A stretch of 64,000 nt of DNA from Azolla caroliniana (lineage: Eukaryota > Plantae > Polypodiophyta), in contig JBHGNT010000001.1 in assembly GCA_043228905.1 (NCBI GenBank), forward strand, positions 10,788,001 to 10,852,000, written 5' to 3'. Within the stretch, counting starts at the first letter, position 1. Each line of letters begins with the position of its first letter. Below are positions 25,976-40,587 of this stretch, in pieces. A model generated the notes under the pieces. That model made no database searches and was not told the DNA's origin. It worked only from the letters and a program-made list of their open reading frames with translations. The position numbers were made by a program, and so were the translations under genes.

Positions 25976-26929
25976 AATAATAAAAATGAAACTTAATGTC
26001 AATGTTGTAAGACCTTTATTCAAAACTTCTTGTCAATGTGTGGTCTTTTTTCTGTGTTGGTAGTGATGGATAATGTGCTTATTCTTTTGGAACTTGGTCA
26101 GAATGATGAGTAAAACTCATATTTCTCTGGCATTGTGGGGATATGAGACCTAGGTTCTTACATATGATCGTATACATGCATACACGTATGAAACATAGAT
26201 TGACATATGAATGGGCGGTCAAGTATTCGTTTAACTAAAAAAAAAAAAAACTTTGTCTTTTTTAATTTCCTAGGATAAAAAAAAGGAACTTGACAATAAA
26301 TAGGGATAATAAAAGAGGGACTTGGGGATTTGACACTACTAAATTTTTATAATAAATGTATAACTTATAAGTTAAAAGTATGTCTTCGTTTTATTTTTAA
26401 TAAATAAATAAAATAAAATAAAGGCTCATTAATTTCTCACTTTTTATTTCCTCAAAATTTATGGATATTTTTATTTTGACATTAAAAACAGTACTTCAAA
26501 CTAATCACATATCTTTAGAGTTCATACTAATCATATTTGTAAGTATAACTAAATTTTTATAATAAATGTATAACTTATAAGTTATAAGTATTCATTTTAA
26601 AAAAATAAATAAAGTAATTGATTGATTAAAATAAGTTTCATAAACTCTCTTGAAATTTATTAGAACAACTGAATATTATTGATGTTCGTGTTAAGTTTTT
26701 CTTATACTAATAATTTGCTTACAACAAAGAGGGAAGTTCTCTTCTCATTTGAGTAATTGTTCAACCTCGAATTAAAATCTCCATATGTTTAAGGCTTATT
26801 TGCTTTATTATGATTGTGATTTATGGCAAATATTATATTAGGCCTATGAGTTATAGCATTTGAATTCCAATATAATGATTGACAAATCTTTTGTGAATTT
26901 ATAGTGTGATTAATCAACATTGGTAAGAT

Positions 26930-29900
26930 ATCGACTTGATAGAAGTTTATATTATCAAGCATTCAAATCCCGAATCTTATGCCAACGGATCTTGACTGCC
27001 TTTCCCAATTCATTTTGTTAGGAGGCATCATTTTTAAAAAACAAAAGATGCCGCAATACAACAATCCCAAAAAAATGCACATGTTCTTAAAATATACCAT
27101 TACACCATTTTGTGTACGTCCACTCATCGCAACATCATCTTTTTTGTTAGACAAATTGACAATGTACTCATAATTAATTTTGTTAGAAAATCGATCTATA
27201 CAATGTACCTTGGTAATTCTCTTAGACCGTTGAAACCGGAAAATACTTGTGTAAATTTGTGCAATTGGCACACAGTTTCACCACAATGCAACACTAAGAC
27301 ACACAAGACAATAAAATTCAAACCTTTGAAGCCTCATTTATGTTTAAAGAAAGTGATACTGTTTATTGTTGTTTAGTGTTTCATGAAAATGAGTTAAAAA
27401 CCGACGGTGAATAATAAAAAGTAGCATTTTGCATCATTTTTATATGAATAGCCACATTGACTAATAAATTAATATGTTGCATGGTGGTTGGATTGAACAA
27501 CTCAAAACGACTACCACCAACCAATGTCAAATATTTTTAGAACATTTTCCATTAGAAAACAAAACCTTAAATATGGTTAGGGATGTGTGCAACTCAATTT
27601 ATTTTCTCTATACACCAATGCTGGATAAAAAATGAAACTACCAATCTATCATTGAGATTATGTTAAATTTGTCCCTTTTTGTTTGATGTTGAAAGTTTGT
27701 GGAGAATTTGTTTGTCCATATGGACACATTATTTGTTGACAAGACGTGGCTCGTTCAATGCCTATTAAGTTCACAAGTATTGTTCTCTAAATTTGGTGTT
27801 TCAAACCCTAATGGATGAGAGCATATATGTAGGTGTAACAAAGACATTTATCACTCTAATTAGGAAATGATTGATAACAACTAGGTATAAAAAATGATTA
27901 GTGTTAGTCAAGAATTACCATACAATTTAGAAAATGTTATAAGGAGTACCTATTACAACTTATCAGGGAATTGACGATTGCATGAGCTTATTTATTTTGC
28001 TACGAGATTGCTCCCACATCAATGGGACTGAAAAGTTGGGTCACTAGGGGTGGATCTTGAAATCATGTGTCAAAAAATACTCTTTAAATAACTCGGACAT
28101 AGAAGATATTATGAGTGTATAGCCATTTATCTCTCTAATTAGGAAATGATTGATAACAACTAGGTATAAAAAATGATTAGTGTTAGTCAAGAATTACCAT
28201 ACAATTTAGAAAATGTTATAAGGAGTACCTATTACAACTTATCAGGGAATTGACGATTGCATGAGCTTATTTATTTTGCTACGAGATTGCTCCCACATCA
28301 ATGGGACTGAAAAGTTGGGTCACTAGGGGTGGATCTTGAAATCATGTGTCAAAAAATACTCTTTAAATAACTCGGACATAGAAGATATTATGAGTGTATA
28401 GCCATTTATCTCTCTAATTAGGAAATGATTGATAACAACTAGGTATAAAAAATGATTAGTGTTAGTCAAGAATTACCATACAATTTAGAAAATGTTATAA
28501 GGAGTACCTATTACAACTTATCAGGGAATTGACGATTGCATGAGCTTATTTATTTTGCTACGAGATTGCTCCCACATCAATGGGACTGAAAAGTTGGGTC
28601 ACTAGGGGTGGATCTTGAAATCATGTGTCAAAAAATACTCTTTAAATAACTCGGACATAGAAGATATTATGAGTGTATAGCCATTTATCTCTCTAATTAG
28701 GAAATGATTGATAACAACTAGGTATAAAAAATGATTAGTGTTAGTCAAGAATTACCATACAATTTAGAAAATGTTATAAGGAGTACCTATTACAACTTAT
28801 CAGGGAATTGACGATTGCATGAGCTTATTTATTTTGCTACGAGATTGCTCCCACATCAATGGGACTGAAAAGTTGGGTCACTAGGGGTGGATCTTGAAAT
28901 CATGTGTCAAAAAATACTCTTTAAATAACTCGAACATAGAAGATATTATGAGTGTATAGCCATTTATCTCTCTAATTAGGAAATGATTGATAACAACTAG
29001 GTATAAAAAATGATTAGTGTTAGTCAAGAATTACCATACAATTTAGAAAATGTTATAAGGAGTACCTATTACAACTTATCAGGGAATTGACGATTGCATG
29101 AGCTTATTTATTTTGCTACGAGATTGCTCCCACATCAATGGGACTGAAAAGTTGGGTCACTAGGGGTGGATCTTGAAATCATGTGTCAAAAAATACTCTT
29201 TAAATAACTCGGACATAGAAGATATTATGAGTGTATAGCCATTTATCTCTCTAATTAGGAAATGATTGATAACAACTAGGTATAAAAAATGATTAGTGTT
29301 AGTCAAGAATTACCATACAATTTAGAAAATGTTATAAGGAGTACCTATTACAACTTATCAGGGAATTGACGATTGCATGAGCTTATTTATTTTGCTACGA
29401 GATTGCTCCCACATCAATGGGACTGAAAAGTTGGGTCACTAGGGGTGGATCTTGAAATCATGTGTCAAAAAATACTCTTTAAATAACTCGGACATAGAAG
29501 ATATTATGAGTGTATAGCCATTTATCTCTCTAATTAGGAAATGATTGATAACAACTAGGTATAAAAAATGATTAGTGTTAGTCAAGAATTACCATACAAT
29601 TTAGAAAATGTTATAAGGAGTACCTATTACAACTTATCAGGGAATTGACGATTGCATGAGCTTATTTATTTTGCTACGAGATTGCTCCCACATCAATGGG
29701 ACTGAAAAGTTGGGTCACTAGGGGTGGATCTTGAAATCATGTGTCAAAAAATACTCTTTAAATAACTCGGACATAGAAGATATTATGAGTGTATAGCCAT
29801 TTATCTCTCTAATTAGGAAATGATTGATAACAACTAGGTATAAAAAATGATTAGTGTTAGTCAAGAATTACCATACAATTTAGAAAATGTTATAAGGAGT

Positions 29901-30900
29901 ACCTATTACAACTTATCAGGGAATTGACGATTGCATGAGCTTATTTATTTTGCTACGAGATTGCTCCCACATCAATGGGACTGAAAAGTTGGGTCACTAG
30001 GGGTGGATCTTGAAATCATGTGTCAAAAAATACTCTTTAAATAACTCGGACATAGAAGATATTATGAGTGTATAGCCATTTATCTCTCTAATTAGGAAAT
30101 GATTGATAACAACTAGGTATAAAAAATGATTAGTGTTAGTCAAGAATTACTATACAATTTAGAAAATGTTATAAGGAGTACCTATTACAACTTATTAGGG
30201 AATTGAAGATTGCATGAGCTTATTTATTTTGCTACGAGATTGCTCCCACATCAATGGGACTGAAAAGTTGGGTCACTAGGGGTGGATCTTGAAATCATGT
30301 GTCAAAAAATACTCTTTAAATAACTCAGACATAGAAGATATTATGAGTGTATAGCCATTTATCTCTCTAATTAGGAAATGATTGATAACAACTAGGTATA
30401 AAAAATGATTAGTGTTAGTCAAGAATTACTATACAATTTAGAAAATGTTATAAGGAGTACCTATTACAACTTATTAGGGAATTGAAGATTGCATGAGCTT
30501 ATTTATTTTGCTACGAGATTGCTCCCACATCAATGGGACTGAAAAGTTGTCATGTGTCACAAAATACTCTCTAAATAACTTTGACATAGAAGATATTATG
30601 AGTGTATAGCCCTTCAAGCCATCCCATTAGGCATTGGTCAAAGCTTAAATGTCATGATGGTCTTATTGTAATCCTTGAAAAATATATGGGGTCAAACATC
30701 AAATGATGGCATCCATATGATCACTGTACTATCCATTTTTTAATATCACCATATTTCATTCTATTGTCTGAAGTAATATTGAATTTAGACTATTGTTAGG
30801 TCATTCTAAAACAATCCTTTGTGACATAATCTTGTGGCCCAATGCTCCCCCCATGTCATTTCAATGGAGCTTCCCATTTGTGGCACTAACATTGACGAAT
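26930..30900 (+). pseudogene. Possible highly decayed CACTA/CMC-type transposase remnant hosting the 279-bp satellite
   Basis: Weak plus-strand peptides in plausible order: IPNLMP..FILLGGII (about 26960-27030), LMDESIYVGVTKTFI (about 27808), HWSKLKCHD (about 30632). Confidence 0.3.
27845..30611. repeat. 279-bp tandem repeat, 10 near-identical copies
   Basis: TAGGAAATGATTG recurs at 27861, 28140, 28419 and so on to 30372 (period 279). The last copy has an internal deletion. Confidence 0.97.
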
Positions 30901-31872
30901 CCAAACATTTACAAAATTATAAATAGCATGATATCCCAAGAGAGTTATAGATACCACAGTTCTATATAACTTCAGTATCCCCAATGGTTTGTGTGTCAAC
31001 CTCAAGCCGTTAAACCATGCTGATTAAGATTCATCAAACCTAAATTGTTTAAATCATATAACACATAATATGCATAAAATAGAATATGAAGACCATCAAC
31101 TTTAGTTTATGTTAGGGTTTATGATTTTATGTTAATTTATATCATAAAAATGATTTTATAAGTTATCGGGGCTACTAAACCAACGCACATTCACAATTTA
31201 AGGTACAATTTCAAGCTTGATAAATAGCAAACCATTAAATCAATACAACTTTAATCAAACCACGAATTTTACAAGCTCCCTTTCCAAAATTGGAGCTTAA
31301 CTTGACTTGAACCGAACCATGTAAATCATGAAGTTGCAATTTCGTGGTTTAATTTCGGCTTAGACCAAGCCATTGCTAATTTCTACCTTCCCCAGTTACA
31401 ACTTTGATATATGACAACAAAGGAATCACATGATAAATTCACATAGACATGGGTCTTGGTCCTTTTACCCTCCAATGATGGTGAAGTATATGCACAAGAA
31501 GAAAAATGTGGCATGTCAACATGGAGAAATCCAAGGGTAATGATGGTGAAAACCATGCACAAGAATAAAAATGTAGAATGTGAATGTCAAGATAAAGGTA
31601 TATTAATATGTGTTGGAAGGAGCAACCGAAAGGCAATGATGGTGAAAAGCACACACAAGAAGAAAAATGTGGCATCCGAACATCAAGGTTAAAAGATATT
31701 GGTATAATATGCTGGAAGGAGACATCAAATGCATCCATAAACCCCCCCTCCCCCCCCCCCACACACACACAATGTTCGAGAAGTGAACCCAACCTTCAAG
31801 GAGTGAAACCCCCCCATTGCACACAATACTAGCAATGTTTCCTACACCCATTCCATAGTTTCGACAAGTGAC

Positions 31873-31903
<31 letters not shown>

Positions 31904-34900
31904 AAAAAGGAGAAGAGAGAAAGAGGCGCAATCCAATTTTATCACTAATGGCACCTTCAAACATCGTCACTGTCGAACACATTGCACCAACAGGCCCCTC
32001 GATCGATAACGGAAAAAACATCTCTGATAGCGGGGGTCCTGTTGAGATTATTTTCAACAACGAAGAGATGCTTCTACTTGAGAAAGAGATAGAGTGCCTT
32101 GAGCGAATAGCGGTCATATGACGACCAAACAGAGGGTTGTTGCGGGATATGTTGCAAGCTCAATTTCATTCACAACTCCATGGTATAAAAGAAGTCCAAC
32201 CGCTTGGTAAAGGCTTCTATCAAATCATACTAGAAGACAAGGAGTCTACAACGAACCTCATAGCACTTTCCCCCTGCCAGGTCTGAAATACATGGTTGTT
32301 CATGCGTAAATGGACACATGGTTTTAACCCAGAGAAAGCCGCACAACAGGATGACTCCATGAAAAAGGTAACAATGTTGTTTCCTGGACTATCCTTAGAA
32401 TACAAGATGTTACTTCCTACTATTGGCAACTCCTTTGGGATGATGTTGGATGGGGAACTAACGCTAGCAGACAGACTAAAGAAGCACCTAGGCCCTCCCC
32501 TCTATCCGCCTCTTGGTGTAGGACATCAATAAACTTCCCTCCAAGATCCTCATTCCCGGGAAAAACGGAATGCGAATTGAACAACGCATAGAAGTGATTG
32601 GTGCACCGGGGCAATGTTTTGCATGCAAAAAACTTGGTCATTTAAAAAAGAATTGCCCCACAAGACGTATTAAAAATCCTACAAAGGAGACCCTGGAAGG
32701 TTAGGATACCATAACACATCAAAAGCCTCCCCCACCACGACCCGACAAGGCTGTGATGGAATGGCAAGTGGTGGAAAAAACCCATGTCCTTCGAAAAACA
32801 TCACCGGCACAAAATCCTCCATCGCCTATGAGCCCCAATCGCTTTGATCTACTACAAGAGTTCCCCCCCACAGATGAACATTCCCCTAGTTCTTTCGTAA
32901 GCCCCAAGGAACGACCTAAGGTGACACCAAGCACCCAAGAGAAAGTTCTTGTTAAAGCTTACAAAACAGGGAAACGCAGACAAATAAGTCATGTAAAGAC
33001 CCTAATAAGGAGCTTGAGTGGAACGACACCCAATGCAGAAGCAACAACCCAAGGCAGAAGTGTGAATGTCACGCCTCAAATCATAGTCGTCCCGGACACA
33101 AATGAGTGTGCTTCCTCTAGCCAAGACCTTGAACCACACCCACAAAACGCCTTGAAATGGCTAGGTATAGGGCTCAAGACAGTGGAAAAAATAAGGGTAC
33201 ATGTATCAGCGGTGCACAATAACGGAGTTCCGACGACCTCAATCTCCTTTCCACTCTTGCTTTCGACTCAGGAAGATTGGTTGAAATCCAAGATTAAAGA
33301 TATGTTATGTAGTCAAGCAACGTGCTTTGTAGCACAAATAAGAGATGAAGAGCTCATGAATGAACTAAAGCAACATTGGCATAACACTGAATTCTGGTGC
33401 ACCATGGATGAAGGGGACCCCCATCTTTGCGACATCCACCTGCGGACTATCATAAACACCCAACTGACTCCAAGCTTTGTCTATTTCTATGAGAAGCATG
33501 ACGGGGCGATTGAAGCTCACAAGATAGCCCACAAACTCCACTCATGGATGTGGACCACTATTCCATCCCTGGAAATGATTGGATGTCTAAATGGTGAGTG
33601 CTCCCCACTCACGACCTGCTGTACAAAGCACCAGGCACAACTGGAAACCTCCCACCCCATTCCATGAGTATGAAGATTATAACATGGAACATGCAAGGAC
33701 TCAGAAGTAGACTAGACCAGCAAAATAGATGGAAACTGAGAAGGGATTTTGAAGAATATTTACTAGGGAGTGGTGCTGACATTATCATGCTGCAGGAACA
33801 CCACCTCGATAGCACACAATTAAAGGAAGTTGGAGACCTTCTACCAGGATCATGGCGAACGATTTGGGAGCCAACAATTGGGGAGGATGGAAATCATGGT
33901 GGTATTTGCACTTTGATTCGGGAACATCTCGCCCAAGGCTTAATACACCAAGAATCACTTATACCTGGTAGGGCACATTTTTGCACGCTGACCATCCAAG
34001 GGCAACGATGGAACTTCATGAATGTTTATGCTCCAAATAACAGAACAGAAAGAGCAACATTCTGGGACCGCATCTGCCTACAAGTAGTGGGTGTGGAAGA
34101 GTGGTGCATTGGAGGGGATTTTAATATGATCGAATCCATTCATGATAGCTCCAACAACAACCCCATAGTTCTACAAGGAAGGGAACGCAAACAATGGGAG
34201 AAGCTATGTGTCCACCTTAACCTGCGAGACATCTGGCATTCTACCAACTTCAAACGGAAAAGGGATTCTCTCCTATTCTCCCAATCAAACGGGTAGAATA
34301 GTGGACCCACCCTATCTCGCATTGACCGCATTTATGTGGGGGAGACTTTAGAGGCAAAGGGAGAGTGGTGTCGCATAACTCCAGGCACGAAAATGGGGCC
34401 CATTCCAGACTCGCATCCCACACACTATTTACACACTTATAGACGTGAAGGACCAACTATCCAACCAATGGTGATTACCCATCAATGGCTCATCAGCATC
34501 GGACAAACTTTTAGCTAAATTAACAAGAGCCTCTACTCTCCTACATGAGATTGTCAAGACCAGACACAAGGATGCTCAGGAGAAGCGACAGAGGACAAAA
34601 CGGGGACTAATAACCTTACAACGACTCCAACAGAGATACGGTATTTGCAAGGATCAACAGCGATGAGGAAACTCGGCTTTCAAGAGACATGGATCAAAGG
34701 CATTGCAGGATTTTATAGGAATGGCAGCAGTTGCGTTTCGCTGGCAGGTGAAAGGGGCCCCTTTTTCCGAATATCCCGCTCTATACGGTAGGGATGCCCA
34801 CTAGCTCCATCCTTATTTCTATTATACGCCGAAGCACTCTCTTGCTTTCTCAACTCGCGGCATCTCAACCTACGTGGTCTTCCCATACCTCATTCTTACC

Positions 34901-35880
34901 AAAGCATCCTGGATATAGAATTTGGAGATGACACAACAGTCTACCTACAAGGGAACCTGGAAAACCTCCAAAAGCTAGAAAGTGGGCTAGTTTTATTTTG
35001 CAAGCAATCCAATGCCATGATCAATTGGCACAAATCATGTGCAATATGGCTCTCTTAGGAAACACATCCGGCGTGGCACCCACACCCCGCTTTCAAGTGG
35101 ATCAATCAAGGAGCGAGCACCAAATATTTGGGCTTCCAAATTGGTTTCAACATACCGCCAGAGACTATGATTGCACCCGTTATCCTTTCCATTCGACAAA
35201 AGTTGATACATTTGAGCACTAAAAAATTGTCACTAGTAGGTCGCATCATAGTGGAAAATCATGTACTCCTCGCAACAGCATGGTATAGTCTATCGTGCTG
35301 GACAATCTCCAAGGAAAGTATACATTAGATTCAACGACTGGTCCGCAACTACATTTGGTCTGGTAAGGAAGATCATGTAGCTCGCGCCAAGGTGGCGTGA
35401 CCTATACTCACAACGCCTAAGTCGAGAGGGCTATTGGGTCTTATTGATCCCCTTTCACAATCGAAAGCCTTACTTGCCAAATTTGTGGTGCGAGGACTCC
35501 AACCAGGAAATGATTGTTGGAAAATGCTACTGAGGTTACGTTTCGCTTACTTTAGGCCACGAAAAGGGGTCAATTGGGCCCTCCAAACGGGATGGATTCT
35601 AAACATGGATCTCAAACCTAGTTTCTCCCGCCATTTAGAGGACAGATTCAGTGCATCCATGTGGAAGGCATGGTGTGACATTCGTCGAGGGCTCCAGTGT
35701 GATCAACCGAGATCCGAACCTGCCTGGCTCAATCAACGTATCCTATGGAACCCATGTCTCAAGGATGAATCTAATCAACTACTAGGATCACATAAGGGGT
35801 TGTCATGGGGATACATTGCAGAAGGTCTAGGCAAAAGTATAGAATGTTGGCGATGGTGTCGCGTTGTTACTCGCACGCGT

Positions 35881-38800
35881 TGTCGTGAAGAATTTCGGCC
35901 ATAGGCGAAAACTGGGAAACATTGGCTACATCGGCGGGGTGCAGCGTGTGTACGCACCCATGTACATTTAGTGTGAATATCGAGGGCGCCTTTATGGCGC
36001 CGAAGAGTAGTCAAGTCGGGACAGACGATCCCATGTAAGTCGGGATTTGTCCCGCATTGTAATGCCTCCCTTTCCTTGTTCTATAAAAGGAAGGGAACGC
36101 TTTTTGTAAAAGGGTTGCCCATTTTGCATTAGAGGGTATACCGTTAGGTTTAGAGTTAGGTTCTTCTTCTTCTCCTTCTGCGTGTTTGCTTAGGGTTTGC
36201 TTTGGTTCGGCCTCTTGTGCAAGACCCCACTCGGCGCGACGAGCTGAGAGCTCCCCGACGGCGGCTTGGCAGCAGACGACTACTGTAACCTACCCCAGTC
36301 CGGGTCGAAGCCGGGATTGTATTCTTCTGTTTATACATATATATATGTTTGCGTCTGTCTGTGTATATTTGCGTCTATGTTGGTGTCGGGTGCTCCCCCT
36401 TTCTTGCGTTTCCTGTACATAAGGGCATGAGTCAGGTCGGTGTGTGTGTGCGTGTGTGTGCGTGAGCCGGTGTTAAGCACGCTCTCTCTCTCTCTCTCCC
36501 TTCGGCTGCTTCCGATGTGTTTCTGGGATGCCCTAGAAACAGTGAAGCACGACTTCCTACGCTCCATCACTCTCTAGTCCAAGACCCCCGTGGTCCCGCC
36601 TTTCTCCACGGACGCACGTAACAACGCGACATCTTTGGTGAACCCGACGTGAAAGGTGGCAAGGGAGGATGGAGTCGGAAGACGACGACCTTGCGGAGAT
36701 GGTGGCCGAAGTGGTGTTGGAGTCGGCACGAGTGGTGATGAGGCGAGAAGCAGCGCAACAGGCGGTTGAGCGAGTGGTCGAAAGAGTCGGCCGTTTCAAC
36801 AGGGACAAAGTCCCATCTTACTTGGAAGCCTACAACGCGGAAATGGAGGAGCGTGGCGTAGACGAGGCGTTGAGGCTGGAGTTCTTCTGCCGGGTCGTAG
36901 CTGTCCGGATGCATGCGGAAGTAAAGGAGCTCCGTGAGGCTCATAATTCGTGGGAGGCCTTCGAAGAGGCGCTCCTGAAAGCATACGGAAGACGGCGGAA
37001 GAGCCGGGGACGGCACCACTTCGACCAGTGGGTAGCATCGGCAAAGACCCACCGGGGTGCGACAAAGGCGTTCCGGGAGTTCGAGCGACGACTTGCTCGG
37101 TTCCCAGAGCGGGAACAAGGTTTGGTGGGGGCGGACAAAGTCCTTTTGTTCGTCAGGTCGATCGACCGAGCGGAACGGGAAGCCATCGGGATTGAGCTCG
37201 AAGACGATGATGGAGCGAATGGGCTTACAGAGGACTGGTCGAAGGTCGGAAGGGTGTGCCAAAGGCTAGACAACGAGCGAGCCGAGAAGGCTAAGAGGAA
37301 GGTACGCGACGGCGTGCCATCACAGCGGGAAGAGGCCGAACGGCAAAGAGAGTCGGCAAGGGTCGGTGTTGGGGCCAGGATTGCGGAGGCGTACGCAACG
37401 CTCAAAGCGATGCTCGACGAAGAGGGAGGATCGAGGCCAGAAGCTGAGACCGAGGAGACGGACTTGCCCCACGCGACGGCGGAAGATCGGTACGACGGTA
37501 CCACAGGAGAGGGTGCGGAATGAAACGCCCTCTCGACTTGCGGAGATAGAACGGCCAAGGACGAGGCCAAGATACAGATCGCGGAACCGGAACGTTGGGA
37601 CCAGCGGTTTTAGGCGTGTTAGCCTGAGATCCCGGTCATTGGAGAAGCAAGCCCAGACGGGGCTTGCGCGATCGGTAAGAAGTCGACCACCGACCACGGA
37701 GAGCCAGTGGCTACGGACAAGGGCGTAAAACGGATGGGCGATTCCTTGTGTCTTCCCACACTTGCTCCCGAGACGATGGCAGTCGGGCCCGAGTGCCCAC
37801 GTGAGTCCCAAGCGGAGGAAGGCGGCGGCGAAAGGGCGAGAATCACCGGCGAGACGATACGGGGAAGGAGCGGACGAAAGCCAACGGAACCGATTCCGGA
37901 GAACTCGCCAATTGGGCCCGTATGCCCATGTAAGACCAAGGAGATGGATGGCGGTACCGAGGAGTCCTGGCGGTACCGAGGAGGCCGAGGAAGGACACAG
38001 CACGAGGAGATCGGCATTCCGATACGGGTGGAGCGTGATCCGGTCGTGGATTGTTTGATCGGGGCCGGGTTCGGCATGACAGTGCTGAAACGGAAGGGGG
38101 GTGCAGGACGAGCCGCCCTCTTTTACATGGAGAGAAAGACCGACCGGGCGAAGGTCGAGATTTGGAAAGAGAATGAAAGCCGGTCCTATGGGATTCCTTA
38201 CACCGATCCGGCTGCAGGCCCGAGAGCCAGCGTAAGTCCTATAAGAGAGATCGGTGGCGACAGGAGAACGGGACTCGGCAATCCGGAAAAGGATGAACGG
38301 ACCCGGACGAGAACCAGGCGGAGCGGACTCCCGGATAACCATTCCGGGAGGGAGGAAGAGAGCATGCCTACGAAGAGGCCGAGGACACGGTACGTCGGTA
38401 CCACGGGAGAGGGTGCGGAGTAAACCGCCCTCTCGGCATGGGGAAAAAGACGACCCGAGACAGGGTCAAAAAGGCGACGAACGCCTACGGAGGATCCTTC
38501 ACACCGGTTCTAGAGACTTCGGCAGTCGGCAACGCGGTCGACGTAAGACCAAGATACTGACGGTGGCGGCGAGGTGACGAAGGCAGGGGCTACGGATGGG
38601 CGGTCTACAGAGGATCCTTCACACCGGTTCTAGAGACTTCAGCAGTCGGCAACGCGGTCGACGTAAGACCAAGATACTGATGGTGGCGGCGAGGTGACGA
38701 AGACAATGGGCGTAAGGAAGTCCGGTCCTACGGGATCCCCACACCGGTTCCGGAGACTCCGGCTGTGCTGCCATCGTGGCAACGTGAGACCGAGGGAGAA

Positions 38801-40587
38801 GGAAGGTGGCGGCGGGAAACGGGACCCGGCTACGCGGAAGACACGAGGAGAGTCCGGGAGGTACTCAAACAAAAGACACCCGAGTTTCGGCAAGCATACA
38901 AACGAAGTCCGGTCCTATGGGATCCTCACACTGATCCGGAGACTCCGGCAGTTCGGCCAACGTGGCAACGTGAGACCAAGGGAGAAGGACGGTGGCGGCA
39001 GGGAATGGGACCCGACGACACGAGGTTCGGAAGAAGCCGGTAAGGGCAAAGTCGGAGAGGTGTGTCAGGCCGGAAAGGCACACCTTGGGCAGAACAAGAG
39101 TCTCGCAAGTGGCCATCGCGGGCCGGATTGAAGCGTGACTACGGGACGGTGTTCGGCGCGGGCGGGGCCGAACGAAGGGAGCGGAAGACGGCACAAGGGA
39201 GGTGCCGAGAACGAAGTGACAAGTGCCTAGTGGACTGCACAGGGTCGGGGTCAGGATGGCAAGAGAGGCCGGAGGAGGATCCTCCACACTCGCTTCGTAG
39301 ATCTCGGTAGCTCCGTCGAAGTAACGAAGACTGACATGGCAAGCCGGGGTGACAAGATGGTGGGGGCGAGGGGACGACGGCAAGTGGAAGACTCAGGACC
39401 TGTTGCAGCAGCACGAAGACGGGAAGGGCCAAGCGGGCTACTACGGGGTGTTCCTCGGATGCAGAGGACACCGGTATGCGGGTGAGCAGCGATGCACGAT
39501 CTGGCCGAAAAGGGGGCTGACAAGGAGTGCAACACGGGCAGTGCCAAACAACGGACGAGGGTATGTGGCACACGGAGGTGCCGGAGCGGAAAGGCGAGCG
39601 CGGAGAAGGCCGGAAAGGGATCCTCCACACCGTTCCGGAGACCATGGCGGTTCGAGCCGACGCGGTGATGTAAGACTATGGAGAAGGAAGGTGGTGGCGG
39701 AAGGACGAAGGTGACGCGAAACACCATCGGGACATCACGATTCGACAACGGAGGCCAAGCGGGCTGCCATGGGCATTCCTCAAGCGGAGGACATCGGGCA
39801 TACGGCGGGAAGCGGGGCGTTCATACGGCCGAACAAGGGCCAACGGAAGAACGCGTACTACGGAGATCCCGGCAGAGGACCCATCGACGGGTCGAACGAG
39901 CCTACGGGGAGGCGAGCGCGAAGGAAGACTCGAAGCCGACGGATCAAACCGGTAGCAAGCCGGGATGCGGATCACGGAAGACCGGTTTCTCATCGGCCGA
40001 AATCTCTCACCCTTCAACCGGACTTGGCACATACCGGTGGATGTGTAGTTAGGTGGGGGCGGATGTCGTGAAGAATTTCAGCCATAGGCGAAAACCGGGA
40101 AACATTGGCTACATCGGTGGAGTGCAGCGTGTGTACGCACCCATGTACATTTAGTGTGAATATCGAGGGCGCCTTTATGGCGCCGAAGAGTAGTCAAGTC
40201 GGGACAGACGATCCCATGTAAGTCGGGATTTGTCCCGCATTGTAATGCCTCCCTTTCCTTGTTCTATAAAAGGAAGGGAATGCCCTTTGTAAAAGGGTTG
40301 CCCATTTTGCATTAGAGGGTATACCGTTAGGTTTAGAGTTAGGTTCTTCTTCTTCTCCTTCTGCGTGTTTGCTTAGGGTTTGCTTTGGTTCGGCCTCCTG
40401 TGCAAGACCCCACTCGGCGCGACGAGCTGAGAGCTCCCCGACGGCGGCTTGGCAGCAGACGACTATTGTAACCTACCCCAGTCCGGGTCGAAGCCGGGAT
40501 TGTATTCTTCTGTTTATACATATATATATGTTTGTGTCTGTCTGTGTATATTCGCGTCTATGTTGGTGTCGGGTGCTCCCCCTTTCG
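35881..40587 (+). mobile_element. Gag-only LTR element A (same family), inserted in opposite orientation into the 3' LTR of B
   Basis: 5' LTR 35881-36631 (TG...CA); PBS TGGTGAACCCGACGTGA at 36636-36652, complementary to the plant tRNA-Trp 3' end; PPT AGGTGGGGGCGGA at 40051-40063; 3' LTR from 40064 truncated at about 40587. Confidence 0.85.
36669..37523 (+). CDS. Gag-like protein of element A
   Basis: 284-aa ORF starting 16 nt after the PBS; paralogs at 48209-48883 and 55384-55992. Confidence 0.65.
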   Translation: MESEDDDLAEMVAEVVLESARVVMRREAAQQAVERVVERVGRFNRDKVPSYLEAYNAEMEERGVDEALRLEFFCRVVAVRMHAEVKELREAHNSWEAFEEALLKAYGRRRKSRGRHHFDQWVASAKTHRGATKAFREFERRLARFPEREQGLVGADKVLLFVRSIDRAEREAIGIELEDDDGANGLTEDWSKVGRVCQRLDNERAEKAKRKVRDGVPSQREEAERQRESARVGVGARIAEAYATLKAMLDEEGGSRPEAETEETDLPHATAEDRYDGTTGEGAE

